A stretch of 64,000 nucleotides of DNA from positions 30,608 through 94,607 of the forward strand of contig JACOWS010000002.1 of assembly GCA_016176685.1 (NCBI GenBank). The letters run 5' to 3'. Shown piece by piece: positions 9,896-19,096 of the stretch; the stretch's first letter is position 1, and the number at the start of each line of letters is the position of its first letter. Made by a program: the position numbers and the translations under genes. Under the pieces are notes generated by a model, which was not told where the DNA came from, searched no databases, and saw only the letters and a list, made by a program, of their open reading frames with translations. Source of the DNA: Patescibacteria group bacterium (GTDB lineage: Bacteria; Patescibacteriota; Minisyncoccia; Phycocordibacterales; SBAW01).

Positions 9896-11182
9896 ATGTC
9901 ACGCGGTCGCGCTGTCGTTATTTTGTGCACACTATTGGGGGTGCTGTGGGCTATCACCACGTATGCCGACACTGCAAGCGACTTGCAGACCCAGATAGAC
10001 GCCAGTACAGAGCAGATAGCTCAGCTCAAGGCAGAAATCGCGCAATTGCAAACCGAGCTCAACTCCACCAGCGAGCAAAAACAAACACTCCAGATGGCGG
10101 TAAGGGCTCTAGACCTTAACATTCAAAAGCTGACCAAAAATATTTCACTCACCAACGCTCAGATTACACAAAAAGACAAAGAAATAACATCTCTTTCCGG
10201 TTCTATCACCACCACAATCGGCAACATAGTGACTAGTAAAATGGAGATAGCGGGCTTACTTAGAGAGCATGAGCTCCTTGATGCACAGCCAATTGCCGTG
10301 GCCTTACTCGGCGGGACGACTCTCTCGGAGCTTTTTGATCAAGCGGCAACATTGGGGAGCGTGCGCACCGGCTTACAAAATCATATTTATGAACTCTCTT
10401 CTCTCAAGATTACGTACGAAACGGATAAAAATGTTGCAGAAAAAAAACGCATGGAGTTGGCTAACCTCAAGGCAAACCTTAACCAGGAAAAGCAGGGGCT
10501 CGCCATTGCGCGAGACGCGCAAAACCAACTTCTGGCGGAAACAAAAAACAAAGAATCCACCTACCAAGCCCAGATTGCAAAAAAACAGGCTGAGGAAATT
10601 AAGTTTGAGCAGGACTTGCTCAACTTTGAGTCTCAGCTTAACTTACTGGTTAATCCGGGTAGCTTTGCGGCGGCGCAAGCCGGAGTTCTTATGTGGCCGC
10701 TCGACTCGGTATATATTACGCAATATTTTGGCAACACCGACTTTGCAACTAAAAACCCACAGCTCTACAACGGCAAGGGGCACAACGCCATAGACTTGCG
10801 GGCAAGCCCGGGCACCCCGGTACGCGCCGCTCGAGGCGGGGTGGTGCGCGGGGTAGGGAACACCGACCTCACCTGCCCTGGCGCTTCCTACGGCAAGTGG
10901 GTGTTTATAGACCACGACAATGGCCTTTCGACTATTTACGCGCACTTGGCCACTTACACGGTGGGGCAGGGTGACACGGTCTCCCAAGGACAGGTGCTAG
11001 GGTACTCCGATACCACCGGCTATGCCACCGGGCCACACCTGCACTTTGGAGTCTACGCGAGCGCAGGCGCCAAAATCACTTCCTTCCCCAGCAAAAGCTG
11101 TAAGGGCAAAGTGTATACTATGCCGGTTGCCGACCTGTCCGCCTACCTCAACCCGCTTTCCTATCTACCCATTCTGCCCTAA
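9896..11182 (+). CDS. M23 family peptidoglycan metalloendopeptidase with signal peptide and long coiled-coil (EnvC/LytM-like)
   Basis: C-terminal 'HNAIDLRASPGTPVRAARGG...GPHLHFGVY' M23 motifs; Q/L-rich coiled-coil in the N-terminal half. Confidence 0.85.
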   Translation: MSRGRAVVILCTLLGVLWAITTYADTASDLQTQIDASTEQIAQLKAEIAQLQTELNSTSEQKQTLQMAVRALDLNIQKLTKNISLTNAQITQKDKEITSLSGSITTTIGNIVTSKMEIAGLLREHELLDAQPIAVALLGGTTLSELFDQAATLGSVRTGLQNHIYELSSLKITYETDKNVAEKKRMELANLKANLNQEKQGLAIARDAQNQLLAETKNKESTYQAQIAKKQAEEIKFEQDLLNFESQLNLLVNPGSFAAAQAGVLMWPLDSVYITQYFGNTDFATKNPQLYNGKGHNAIDLRASPGTPVRAARGGVVRGVGNTDLTCPGASYGKWVFIDHDNGLSTIYAHLATYTVGQGDTVSQGQVLGYSDTTGYATGPHLHFGVYASAGAKITSFPSKSCKGKVYTMPVADLSAYLNPLSYLPILP

Positions 11183-11301
11183 TGAGATATCAACAGGTAT
11201 ATAAACCAAGATTATACATCTCTTCTGAGGCGTTATAATAGATATACGGTATAGGTCGAACCGTACTTACGCAGCTTTTCCGTACTTATCTGAAAATATC
11301 T

Positions 11302-11526
11302 ATGAATAGTCTTACCATGGTCGTGTATTGGCTGGTTATTATCGGCGGGCTCAACTGGGGCCTGGTCGGCCTTGGAGCATTTGCCGGTGGCAACTGGAAC
11401 GTGGTCAACTTGGTTCTGGGCTCGTGGCCGCAAGTAGAGTGGCTTGTCTATGTTTTAGTTGGCCTCTCGGCAGCGTGGATGTTGGTTAAAAAAATGGGCA
11501 TGAACTCTTCTTCGGATTCGATGTAG
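11302..11526 (+). CDS. DUF378 family small membrane protein
   Basis: 'GGLNWGLVGLGAFAGGNW' DUF378 signature; followed by a hairpin plus T-tract at about 11545-11580. Confidence 0.65.
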   Translation: MNSLTMVVYWLVIIGGLNWGLVGLGAFAGGNWNVVNLVLGSWPQVEWLVYVLVGLSAAWMLVKKMGMNSSSDSM

Positions 11527-11585
11527 GTACCTCGCCCTTTTCGACAAAAACCTGCCCTTGTGGGTGGGTTTTTGTTTTTTGCCCT

Positions 11586-12341
11586 ATGGTATACTTTTCT
11601 ACTGTGACTTCAACTCCTGCCGTTGCTATAAAAGAACTGCACAAGGTGTATAAGGGAGGGACAGAGGCGCTTAGGGGTGCCACTTTAGACATACCAGCGG
11701 GGGACTTTTTTGCGCTCCTTGGGCCAAACGGAGCAGGGAAGACAACGCTCATCAGCATCCTCGCCGGACTTACTGTCAAAACAAGCGGCACGGCGGAAAT
11801 TTTTGGCATGTCCATAGACACTAACCACTCGCTTGCCAAGTCATACCTAGGTCTGGTGCCGCAGGAATTTAACTTCAATATTTTTGAAAGGGTGATTGAC
11901 ATCGTGGTAAACCAGGCTGGCTACTACGGCATTCCACGCGCCAAGGCACTCCGCGATGCCGAGGCAATACTCAAAGAGCTTGGGCTATGGGAAAAGCGCA
12001 CGGAAAAGGCGCAAAAACTCTCCGGCGGTATGAAGCGGCGGTTGATGATAGCGCGCGCGCTTATCCACCACCCGCGGCTATTACTGTTAGACGAGCCGAC
12101 CGCAGGGGTAGATGTGGAGTTGCGCCGCAGCATGTGGAAGTTTTTGCGCAAAATAAACGCCGAGGGCACGACCATCATACTTACCACCCACTACCTGGAG
12201 GAGGCCGAGCAATTGTGCCGCACCGTGGCGGTTATCAACCACGGCGAGATAGTCGTGCACGAGCCCATGCGTGCGCTTTTGACTCGCCACGGCGACAAAG
12301 ACCTCGAGGACATATTTATGGAGCTTATAGAACAAAAGTAG
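11586..12341 (+). CDS. ABC transporter ATP-binding protein
   Basis: Walker A 'GPNGAGKTT', ABC signature 'LSGGMKRRL', Walker B 'LLLDEPTAGVD'. Confidence 0.9.
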   Translation: MVYFSTVTSTPAVAIKELHKVYKGGTEALRGATLDIPAGDFFALLGPNGAGKTTLISILAGLTVKTSGTAEIFGMSIDTNHSLAKSYLGLVPQEFNFNIFERVIDIVVNQAGYYGIPRAKALRDAEAILKELGLWEKRTEKAQKLSGGMKRRLMIARALIHHPRLLLLDEPTAGVDVELRRSMWKFLRKINAEGTTIILTTHYLEEAEQLCRTVAVINHGEIVVHEPMRALLTRHGDKDLEDIFMELIEQK

Positions 12342-12350
12342 CCACACCAT

Positions 12351-13124
12351 ATGGAAACAAACAGGACTCTTATAGCTTATTACACAGTCGTGCGAAAGGA
12401 TGTCGTACGGATGGTCCGTTTGTGGAAGCAGACTTTTTTGCCGTCTATGGTCACCACGGTGTTGTACTTTATTGTTTTTGGCTCTTTAATTGGCTCAAAG
12501 TTGCCGCCTATACATGGCGTTTCCTACATTATGTTTATCGTGCCCGGGCTGGTGATGATGCAGGTCATTATGAACGCGTACAGCAACACCTCTTCCGCAT
12601 TGTTTATGGCAAAGTTCCAGCGCAACCTAGAGGAGATGCTGGTGTCGCCCATGCCCGAGTGGACTATCATAGGCGGGTACGTAACCGCCGGTATAGTGCG
12701 CGGAAGCATCACCGGTGTTTTGGTGCTCGGTGTGGGGCTCTTTTTTACACACCTCACCCTGTACAGCATTCCTATCATCATAGCGGCGTTTGTACTGACC
12801 TGCGCGCTCTTTTCGCTCGGTGGTTTTCTCAACGCTATGTTTGCGGAAAGCTTTGACTCTATATCCATAATTCCAACGTTTGTGCTGACGCCAATGACCT
12901 TTTTGGGCGGCGTATTTTACTCTATACAACAATTCCCTCCATTTTGGCAAACGGTGTCCCTGGCTAACCCGGTGCTTTACATGGTTAACGTATTCCGCTA
13001 CGGTTTTCTAGGCACATCCGATGTCAACATAGGGCTCGCGTTTGGCGTGCTACTAGGGCTCATTGCGCTTTTTCTAATTCTCATACTCTGGCTCTTTAAA
13101 AGGGGAGCGGGGCTTAAAACCTAG
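12351..13124 (+). CDS. ABC-2 type transporter permease
   Basis: Six-TM ABC-2 permease topology; adjacent to the ABC ATPase. Confidence 0.8.
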   Translation: METNRTLIAYYTVVRKDVVRMVRLWKQTFLPSMVTTVLYFIVFGSLIGSKLPPIHGVSYIMFIVPGLVMMQVIMNAYSNTSSALFMAKFQRNLEEMLVSPMPEWTIIGGYVTAGIVRGSITGVLVLGVGLFFTHLTLYSIPIIIAAFVLTCALFSLGGFLNAMFAESFDSISIIPTFVLTPMTFLGGVFYSIQQFPPFWQTVSLANPVLYMVNVFRYGFLGTSDVNIGLAFGVLLGLIALFLILILWLFKRGAGLKT

Positions 13125-13776
13125 TACGTTTGCCCGCCCTGTTCCACTCCTCTAACTCTAACGCCGCACGTTCTATTTTGGCGGCCTTACGCAACTTTGT
13201 TTTTATGATGCCGGCCGAAGCAACAGGGGAGTGCGGCACCCTGTCCAAGGCATCTGCCAGCCACCCCAAGGAGCCCTCTGTAGTGACCCAGCGCCTTGGC
13301 GGGTACCGGCGCAAATCGAAAATTCTTGAGTAACTGCGCATAGTCTTTTCTCCACTTCGCCATAAAAAATATTCATGGAAGTACGACATTGCCAGCTCTC
13401 GCACGCTTTTGTATACCGGGTCGCGCCAACGTAGCACGTGGTTGTTTGTCTTACTTATAGCTCCCCAACGGTCGCCATTTTTAAAAAGCGTCACCACATG
13501 CTCCTCATCCTTGTCGGTTGTTTTAATATCAAGCAAAAGAGGCGGCGATCCGTGGTAGGCGAGGGAAGCCGCGGCAAGCATAGCCCCCTCAAGGCAGTAT
13601 GCCTTGCCCTCGGCCACTGTGCGGCGCACCGAGCGGCAACTCCCCTCCCTACTGCGAGAAAAATTTTGGGGAAGTGCCTCCAGGTAGTCCTGGATGCGCT
13701 GTGGGGAGTCCAACTTTTTAAACACACGATGCTCGGCGGGGGAGAGAAGGGCGCGCAACTTGGTTTGGTACGTCAT
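13114..13776 (-). CDS. Hypothetical protein (possible transglutaminase-like Cys-His-Asp fold)
   Basis: 220 aa; Cys 'CLEGAMLAAASLAYHG', His 'DEEHVV' and downstream Asp in papain/transglutaminase order. The assignment is speculative. Confidence 0.45.
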   Translation of the reverse strand: MTYQTKLRALLSPAEHRVFKKLDSPQRIQDYLEALPQNFSRSREGSCRSVRRTVAEGKAYCLEGAMLAAASLAYHGSPPLLLDIKTTDKDEEHVVTLFKNGDRWGAISKTNNHVLRWRDPVYKSVRELAMSYFHEYFLWRSGEKTMRSYSRIFDLRRYPPRRWVTTEGSLGWLADALDRVPHSPVASAGIIKTKLRKAAKIERAALELEEWNRAGKRTRF

Positions 13777-13867
13777 TGGTATGTATTGTAGCGCGCTGGT
13801 TTGTGAGAGTATAACCGTCGCACAAATTCAATTATACGCGTTTGTGTCACACATTGAACATATCAAA

Positions 13868-13893
13868 AAGAAAACCGCCCACAGATTACTCTG
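13868..13893 (-). terminator. Rho-independent terminator (minus strand) after the 97-aa gene
   Basis: On the minus strand: ccgcccca...gggcgg hairpin followed by TTTTCTTTTT. Confidence 0.6.
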
Positions 13894-13918
13894 GGGCGGC
13901 TTGCGATGGACGAAGAAT

Positions 13919-14212
13919 CTAGGCGGCTTTAGCCTCGTCGCGCGTTGCGGCGAGCCGTTCGGCGACAGACTGCGCAGGGCAGCCATAGGCAACCAACGCC
14001 TTGCCGATCTGCTGTTCACTCAGCTCGTAGCCGAAGAGATTCAGGACCTCTTCTTGCACGCGAGCCACGAGAACTTTGTTCTTGTCCATGATGACTCCGT
14101 AGGTCTCGCCCTCATTGAATGGAACGAAATCCTTGCGGTAGAAATGGATGGTGCCGACAGCGGCATAGATCATCGAGCGATACTTCCAATCGCCCATCTT
14201 AAAGTCATACAT
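13919..14212 (-). CDS. Hypothetical protein (97 aa)
   Basis: Intact ORF bracketed by about 40-bp direct repeats (13807-13850 and 14442-14485) and its own terminator. Confidence 0.45.
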   Translation of the reverse strand: MYDFKMGDWKYRSMIYAAVGTIHFYRKDFVPFNEGETYGVIMDKNKVLVARVQEEVLNLFGYELSEQQIGKALVAYGCPAQSVAERLAATRDEAKAA

Positions 14213-14490
14213 CTGCCTTAGCGTCCTTTGGCGCGATAGGAGAGGGGGACGTCCAAGAAGACTATACCTACTTCCCCGTTAAAAATCAAAAAACCGGGGG
14301 AGGGGGTAAAAAGAGAAGTACGAAAGAATAGAGCCCGAAAATTCTTCCAGGAATTTTTGGGGGCCAGATGCAGGGTAGGGAGTACAACAAGTTAATGGTT
14401 GGTACCAAGGCAGGTGAGCCCTTCGGCGCTTGAGTATAACCGTCGCACAATATATCTTTTACGCGTGTAGTATATACGACATATATAGTA

Positions 14491-15159
14491 TTACGCACGA
14501 AGGACCTTAAGTGGGTCTCTACCACGGCAAAAGACTTCAAATGTCCCCCACTCCATCACATACTGCCCTGTTTGTAGTTTTTTTGCTTTATGTGAGACAA
14601 GCGTGTCTATCTCTTTCTGCTGGATAGACTCATTCATTTGTAAAAAGATCACTGGGTACAGCAGGAGTGACTTGGTCCCGATATATTTCTTAATCTTTAT
14701 GTTTAGGCACCCAGCTAAATTCCGCAAAGAGTTTGGGTAGAATACATCGACGCAAAAACCCCTCTGCTCGTCGTAGACAAAAAAGTCCGCGCGAGTCCGG
14801 TGATCGTCGGTAAAGAAGTACTCGCGGTGGACCATTTCTTTGCCGAAACGTCGTACTAGGCGCTCGTATACTGTTTGCTCGACACGATGAGCGCGCTTGT
14901 TTATAAGATGTGCGCGATTAGTGCTATGCGTGCCAGTTCTAAAATCATGTTCAATACCTAAACCCAATTGCTTGCGTAAAGCGACGAGGCCTCCAAACCG
15001 TCTTTCAATCGACCGAGCCGATGGTAAGTATGCGTACGCGTCAACTTCAGTCGCAGTTGGATATCTTTTCTGTTGTTCATAAAAGTGCTCAAGTCCTGTT
15101 TTGAGCTCCGCAAGTGTCCAGGGAATCTGCTTGCCATTTTTTTGTTGCCGAAGTGACAT
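14491..15159 (-). CDS. Hypothetical protein, possible restriction-endonuclease-like (PD-(D/E)xK / DUF559-like) C-terminal core
   Basis: 'RADFFVYDEQRGFCVDVFYP...K' resembles Vsr/DUF559-type nuclease cores; this is by eye only. Confidence 0.4.
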   Translation of the reverse strand: MSLRQQKNGKQIPWTLAELKTGLEHFYEQQKRYPTATEVDAYAYLPSARSIERRFGGLVALRKQLGLGIEHDFRTGTHSTNRAHLINKRAHRVEQTVYERLVRRFGKEMVHREYFFTDDHRTRADFFVYDEQRGFCVDVFYPNSLRNLAGCLNIKIKKYIGTKSLLLYPVIFLQMNESIQQKEIDTLVSHKAKKLQTGQYVMEWGTFEVFCRGRDPLKVLRA

Positions 15160-15279
15160 GGATAAGAAGGTAACACGTTTGTGTCGTATAAGCTAAAGGA
15201 CCTTCCTGCCCGTGTAATAAAAAGTGAAGGCCCCGAAGGTGAGTTCGGGGCCGTGCGGTTGATGGAGTTCATCGCTTGT

Positions 15280-15492
15280 TCACGAGGTTTTGCTACTTCC
15301 CCAGGGAGTGAGATACTCTAGAACCCCCAAAATCAGGAGCCACAACCCAGCGCCAGCCAGAATGGCCTTAGCACCCAAGATGGACGCCAATGTCGAGGCT
15401 AGCAAAACAACTCCCAAAGTAATCAGGAAGAGAGCACCGCCCTTGTCACTGATGTCTGTGGTGGGTTCCCTTTTCTTTACGTCGGCCATGGC
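15280..15492 (-). CDS. Small membrane protein (about 70 aa)
   Basis: 'MADVKKREPTTDISDKGGALFLITLGVVLLASTLASILGAKAILAGAGLWLLILGVLEYL' has two TM helices; start chosen at MADVKK. Confidence 0.45.
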   Translation of the reverse strand, partial: AMADVKKREPTTDISDKGGALFLITLGVVLLASTLASILGAKAILAGAGLWLLILGVLEYLTPWGSSKTS

Positions 15493-15648
15493 GGACACCT
15501 CCTCCTCTGTATGACCAGTTGACTGAACTAGTGCAAAAAATAACACAAGTTTGTTAAATAAGCAAGTATTTAAAACAAGGATCTCCCCCACCCCGCACAC
15601 TCAACAAAACCGCCCCGGGGTTGCCGGAGCGGTTTTGTTTTGTATTGC

Positions 15649-16077
15649 TTATCCGTTGAGTACTAATTTTTGCGCTTCTGCAGACTTGCCCCAGCACTGT
15701 TTGGACGATAGCCAAGGGCCGGTGCCTTTTTGCTCATACAAGTACCTGGCGTATGCAAGGTTGCCTTGGATGGTGTAGAGGTCTATTCCCAACTGTTCTG
15801 CAATTTTGCCGTGGTAATACTCGTTGACCTGCATGATACCGAGGTCGCTTTTGTTAACGCGACCGCGATGTATGGAACCGTCTTTGTCGAACTGCTTAAA
15901 GCGCGACTCGCACTGTGCAATGTCGGCCAACACGGGCTCGTCGGCAAAGTAATCGCGCGTATATTGCTCGACCGTCTGTGCCGCAGGCATCAAGGGTATC
16001 CGAGGTACGTCTGTCTGCAACGAACTTTGGCCTAATGCCAAAGAGAATGCCAGAGCGATGCTAGCAGTGAGATGCAT
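15649..16077 (-). CDS. Secreted lytic transglycosylase-like protein (SLT/lysozyme-like domain)
   Basis: Signal peptide; 'AQCESRF' (catalytic Glu-Ser), then about 20 aa later 'GIMQVN', then a downstream 'YARYLY' motif. Confidence 0.65.
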   Translation of the reverse strand: MHLTASIALAFSLALGQSSLQTDVPRIPLMPAAQTVEQYTRDYFADEPVLADIAQCESRFKQFDKDGSIHRGRVNKSDLGIMQVNEYYHGKIAEQLGIDLYTIQGNLAYARYLYEQKGTGPWLSSKQCWGKSAEAQKLVLNG

Positions 16078-16296
16078 AAGTGAATGGGCATATAGTCTTT
16101 GTATCGGCTAAATGTCCTTGTAACCGGCCCAAGGAGGGCCGGGAACAAAAAAGCCCCGGGCTCGACAGCACCGGAGATAAGAAAATATTAGCACATTTTT
16201 GTCAAGGTGGTCAAGCAAGAAACTTGACAAATAAAAAGGGTCCTCGGTGGTGCCGAGAACCCCTTATTTGACAACAGTTTTTAGCTGTTGTCTGAG

Positions 16297-16992
16297 TCAA
16301 TCTTCTTCGGTGGTCGGCTCAAGAATGAGCTTACTCAGGGCTGCGGCGGCGGGGACAAAAAGTGCCTCCATAACAATACCGCGCTCTTCTAGCCACTTCT
16401 TGACCGCCTCGTCGCCGATGACGATTTCCCCACCTTCGCTCCGCATTAAGGCGTGGAGTGGCGGTGGACCTTCGTCATAGCCACGCGCAAAGATGTTTTT
16501 CTGCACCACCCCGCCGAGGTTATCTCCCGGCCTGATATACCCCTCTTCACTCTTGATGTAGCGAGAAATGTGGAAAGTGACGGGGGATACCATAGCGGAA
16601 AGACCATCTCCGTCCTTCCACACAAGCTCCTCCCCTTCCAGCACGCCAAGGCGGAAGCATGATGCATCACGGTACTCGACGCCGGTCATACTGTGCTTGA
16701 AGGGAATCTTGGCGTGGTAAGAAAGGAGCACAAACTCGCCCCGCTTCCCTTTCAACTTACCCTCAAGCTCGCGGTATTTTTCCTCAAGCTTGTGGTCGAG
16801 TCCGTGGACCGTAAGCACCATGTCGCGGATATGGTCGCCAGTGCTCTCGCCGGCCGCAAATGCTTTGCGGACCTTTTTGAGCTTTTCGTAGATATCGCGC
16901 TTCAGGGTTGCCGCCTTCACCAGCAGAGCATTTCTGTGCTCTTCTGCACGCTCGATGTATTGGATATCGTCGTGTATAGACACTGTCTGCAC
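16297..16992 (-). CDS. Hypothetical protein (231 aa)
   Basis: Long ORF with a coiled-coil N-terminus, a terminator downstream at 16200-16245 and a promoter-like region upstream. No family recognised. Confidence 0.5.
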   Translation of the reverse strand: MQTVSIHDDIQYIERAEEHRNALLVKAATLKRDIYEKLKKVRKAFAAGESTGDHIRDMVLTVHGLDHKLEEKYRELEGKLKGKRGEFVLLSYHAKIPFKHSMTGVEYRDASCFRLGVLEGEELVWKDGDGLSAMVSPVTFHISRYIKSEEGYIRPGDNLGGVVQKNIFARGYDEGPPPLHALMRSEGGEIVIGDEAVKKWLEERGIVMEALFVPAAAALSKLILEPTTEED

Positions 16993-17135
16993 TCCTTTTC
17001 TCTTTGCTAATTTTCGGAACAGCTGGCGCTAGGGTACCAGAGTGCGGTATCGTAGTAAAGTTATGGCTTTGGCGGGTTTACCTCGCCGAAGCGTTAGCGA
17101 AGGCGGGCGTTGCCTCGCCGTAACTTTAGTGAAGG

Positions 17136-17206
17136 CGGGCCGTAGTATACCGGTAGTACGCGTCCATGGGGTGGATGTAGACCGGGTTCAATTCCCGGCG
17201 GCCCGA
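17136..17206 (+). tRNA. tRNA-Pro (anticodon GGG)
   Basis: Cloverleaf fits: acceptor cgggccg/cggcccg with C1-G72 and A73 (Pro identity), D-stem gtat/gtac, anticodon stem cgtcc/ggatg, loop AUGGGGU, T-arm ccggg-TTCAATT-cccgg. CCA is not encoded. Confidence 0.65.
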
Positions 17207-17222
17207 AATAGTGCGCAGGAAG

Positions 17223-17297
17223 AAAACCCGCTGCAATTTTAAAGGGTAAGACTTGGCCTAGCGGCCCGGAGCGCCCTTTAAAATTGCAGCGGGTTTT
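17223..17297 (+). repeat. Family 1 conserved-loop hairpin element, copy 2
   Basis: 24-bp perfect stem aaaacccgctgcaattttaaaggg / its reverse complement around TAAGACTTGGCCTAGCGGCCCGGAGCGC. It lies between tRNA-Pro (+) and the exonuclease gene (-). Confidence 0.85.
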
Positions 17298-17301
17298 CGG
17301 A

Positions 17302-17901
17302 CTATACCCAGGGGATAGCAAACTGCTCAAATTCCGGCAGGAGTTTTTTGTCGGAGAGGAGGCGCGAGATAACCTCCGCGTGGCTTTTGGCGCCGGTCAA
17401 AGCGTTGTGGGGGGTCGGCTCTTCGGGGATGCCGCAGTACAGCAGTATAGCATCAAGATTGAGCGCGGAGTGTTTTTTTTCTGGGTCTAATGGGGGAGTG
17501 AGTCCCCTCTTTACCATGTGCATCCAGGCAAGCGAGTGGCTGTCTATCGTGCGATGGGCAAAGGGCCACTCTGTGTGCCCCGCACGGCCTGCGGCGTATT
17601 TTAAAAAATCGCGGTCAAACGACGGGTTCTGCCCGGCAAAGGTCCTGTCCCCCGCCTTGAGCGCCCAGGTAATAAATTGATGCACCAATTCCCCTTCGCT
17701 TTGTTTGTTAGGGTCCCCCGCCTCCTCGCGCGTAAAGCCGTTGACCGCGAGCGCCTCGTCTTCTATCTTGGCGCCGTCCCACGCCCGACACTCGGCATAA
17801 AAGGTGGGCCGCGCCGGATTGTCGAGGTCGACAGCTCCCACGCTTAAAATTGAGTGTTTGTGGGCCTCGGTGCCGGTTGCTTCTACATCAACTGCGAGCA
17901 T
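17302..17901 (-). CDS. DEDDh 3'-5' exonuclease (DnaQ/RNase T-like domain)
   Basis: Exo I 'AVDVEATG' and Exo III 'HNALTGAKSHAEV' motifs. Confidence 0.75.
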   Translation of the reverse strand: MLAVDVEATGTEAHKHSILSVGAVDLDNPARPTFYAECRAWDGAKIEDEALAVNGFTREEAGDPNKQSEGELVHQFITWALKAGDRTFAGQNPSFDRDFLKYAAGRAGHTEWPFAHRTIDSHSLAWMHMVKRGLTPPLDPEKKHSALNLDAILLYCGIPEEPTPHNALTGAKSHAEVISRLLSDKKLLPEFEQFAIPWV

Positions 17902-17910
17902 AGTTGGTAG

Positions 17911-18159
17911 TTAAATCTCCCCCACTATCCTGCGGATAAACTGCTCGACGGAGAGCACTGCGCGGTGGAGTTTCGGGTACCTGCGCGTATGCCGCTCGAG
18001 CCACTCCCGCAGCGGGGGAGAAAAGAGCGAAAGGAGCATGAGTCCTATCGCCAAAAAAAGTATCCCCTGCAAAAACGGCAGTACCAGCCCAACCACTCCA
18101 AGGATTAAAAAGAGGATGCCTATAACAAATATAACCGTGCGTTTAGTATTGCGTATCAT
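17911..18159 (-). CDS. DUF454/YbaN-like inner membrane protein
   Basis: 82 aa with two TM helices; 'GLVLPFLQGILFLAIGLMLLS' pattern. Confidence 0.55.
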   Translation of the reverse strand: MIRNTKRTVIFVIGILFLILGVVGLVLPFLQGILFLAIGLMLLSLFSPPLREWLERHTRRYPKLHRAVLSVEQFIRRIVGEI

Positions 18160-18165
18160 ATAGAT

Positions 18166-18333
18166 TTATGGCTCAAGAGCTGGCGGTTGGTGAACAATAA
18201 TACCGACTTTTTGCTCGGTAAGGGCCGAAAGGCGCCCCAGCCCAAAGGCCGCGAGGCCCACCAATACTACAATGGCCGGTACGATCAGTCTATCCAAAAA
18301 GGACTTGCGGCTGGCTATAAATCCTGCTATCAT
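18166..18333 (-). CDS. Possible small membrane protein (55 aa)
   Basis: A minus-strand ORF '[55 protein letters not shown]' fills the gap between ybaN-like and rpmA. It is shorter than the track cutoff. Confidence 0.3.
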   Translation of the reverse strand: MIAGFIASRKSFLDRLIVPAIVVLVGLAAFGLGRLSALTEQKVGIIVHQPPALEP

Positions 18334-18353
18334 ACCCCTACCCTAACACACTT

Positions 18354-18632
18354 ATGGCGCATAAAAAGGCGGGCGGTTCAGCACATAACCTTACCGACTC
18401 CGAGGCAAAGTTCCTGGGGGTTAAGCTCTATGCCGGAGAAAAGGCCCGCAAGGGCGCCATTATAGTGCGCCAGCGCGGCACCCGTTACCTCCCGGGGCAG
18501 CACGTGGGGCTGGGCCGTGACCACACCCTCTTTGCACTTGCGGACGGCATAGTTTCCTTCCGCACCGTGCGTAAAACAAGCTTTACGGGCAAAACCGTAC
18601 GCCGTCCAAAAGTAGACGTTGTTACTAAGTAG
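18354..18632 (+). CDS. rpmA: 50S ribosomal protein L27
   Basis: '[24 protein letters not shown]...[13 protein letters not shown]' is the canonical L27. Confidence 0.95.
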   Translation: MAHKKAGGSAHNLTDSEAKFLGVKLYAGEKARKGAIIVRQRGTRYLPGQHVGLGRDHTLFALADGIVSFRTVRKTSFTGKTVRRPKVDVVTK

Positions 18633-18634
18633 TT

Positions 18635-19081
18635 TTATACGGCAGAAACCACCGACACCTTGAGCTCCGCTTTTTGTGTCTTACTGGCGAGCATAACCAC
18701 ATGCTCTCCCGTTGTTTTTATATGCTCCGGGACATGCACTGATTCTTGGGGGATGTGTATGTCGTACTCGGCTTTAATCGCACGGACAATGTCTGCTGCA
18801 CAGAGTGCTTTAAATAAACCGCCCTTCTCTGTAGAGCGGGCAGAGATCACAACGCTCTTGCCGCGCAAGGAAAGGATTTTTTGCGTAAGTTCTTCTTCCT
18901 GTTTTATCAACTCCTCGTCGTGCGCCTGTTTTTTTGCTTCAAGCTCCGCTATTTTGGCGTCCGTTGCGAGCTCGGCTAGCCCCTGCGGCAGTAAAAAGTT
19001 GTGTGCGTAGCCGTCAGCCACATTTTTTACCTCTCCACTCCGCCCCGTCCCCCGCACATCCTTTAAGAATAGTACCTTCAT
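18635..19081 (-). CDS. rplI: 50S ribosomal protein L9
   Basis: '[36 protein letters not shown]' L9 N-domain. Confidence 0.9.
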   Translation of the reverse strand: MKVLFLKDVRGTGRSGEVKNVADGYAHNFLLPQGLAELATDAKIAELEAKKQAHDEELIKQEEELTQKILSLRGKSVVISARSTEKGGLFKALCAADIVRAIKAEYDIHIPQESVHVPEHIKTTGEHVVMLASKTQKAELKVSVVSAV

Positions 19082-19096
19082 ATTATTTTGAGTATA

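Noticed and set aside
14286-14540. 84-aa minus-strand ORF upstream of the 97-aa gene
   Set aside because: It spans the direct-repeat/low-complexity G-run region, ends in PPPPVF and overlaps the stop of the upstream gene, so it is likely non-coding leader sequence.
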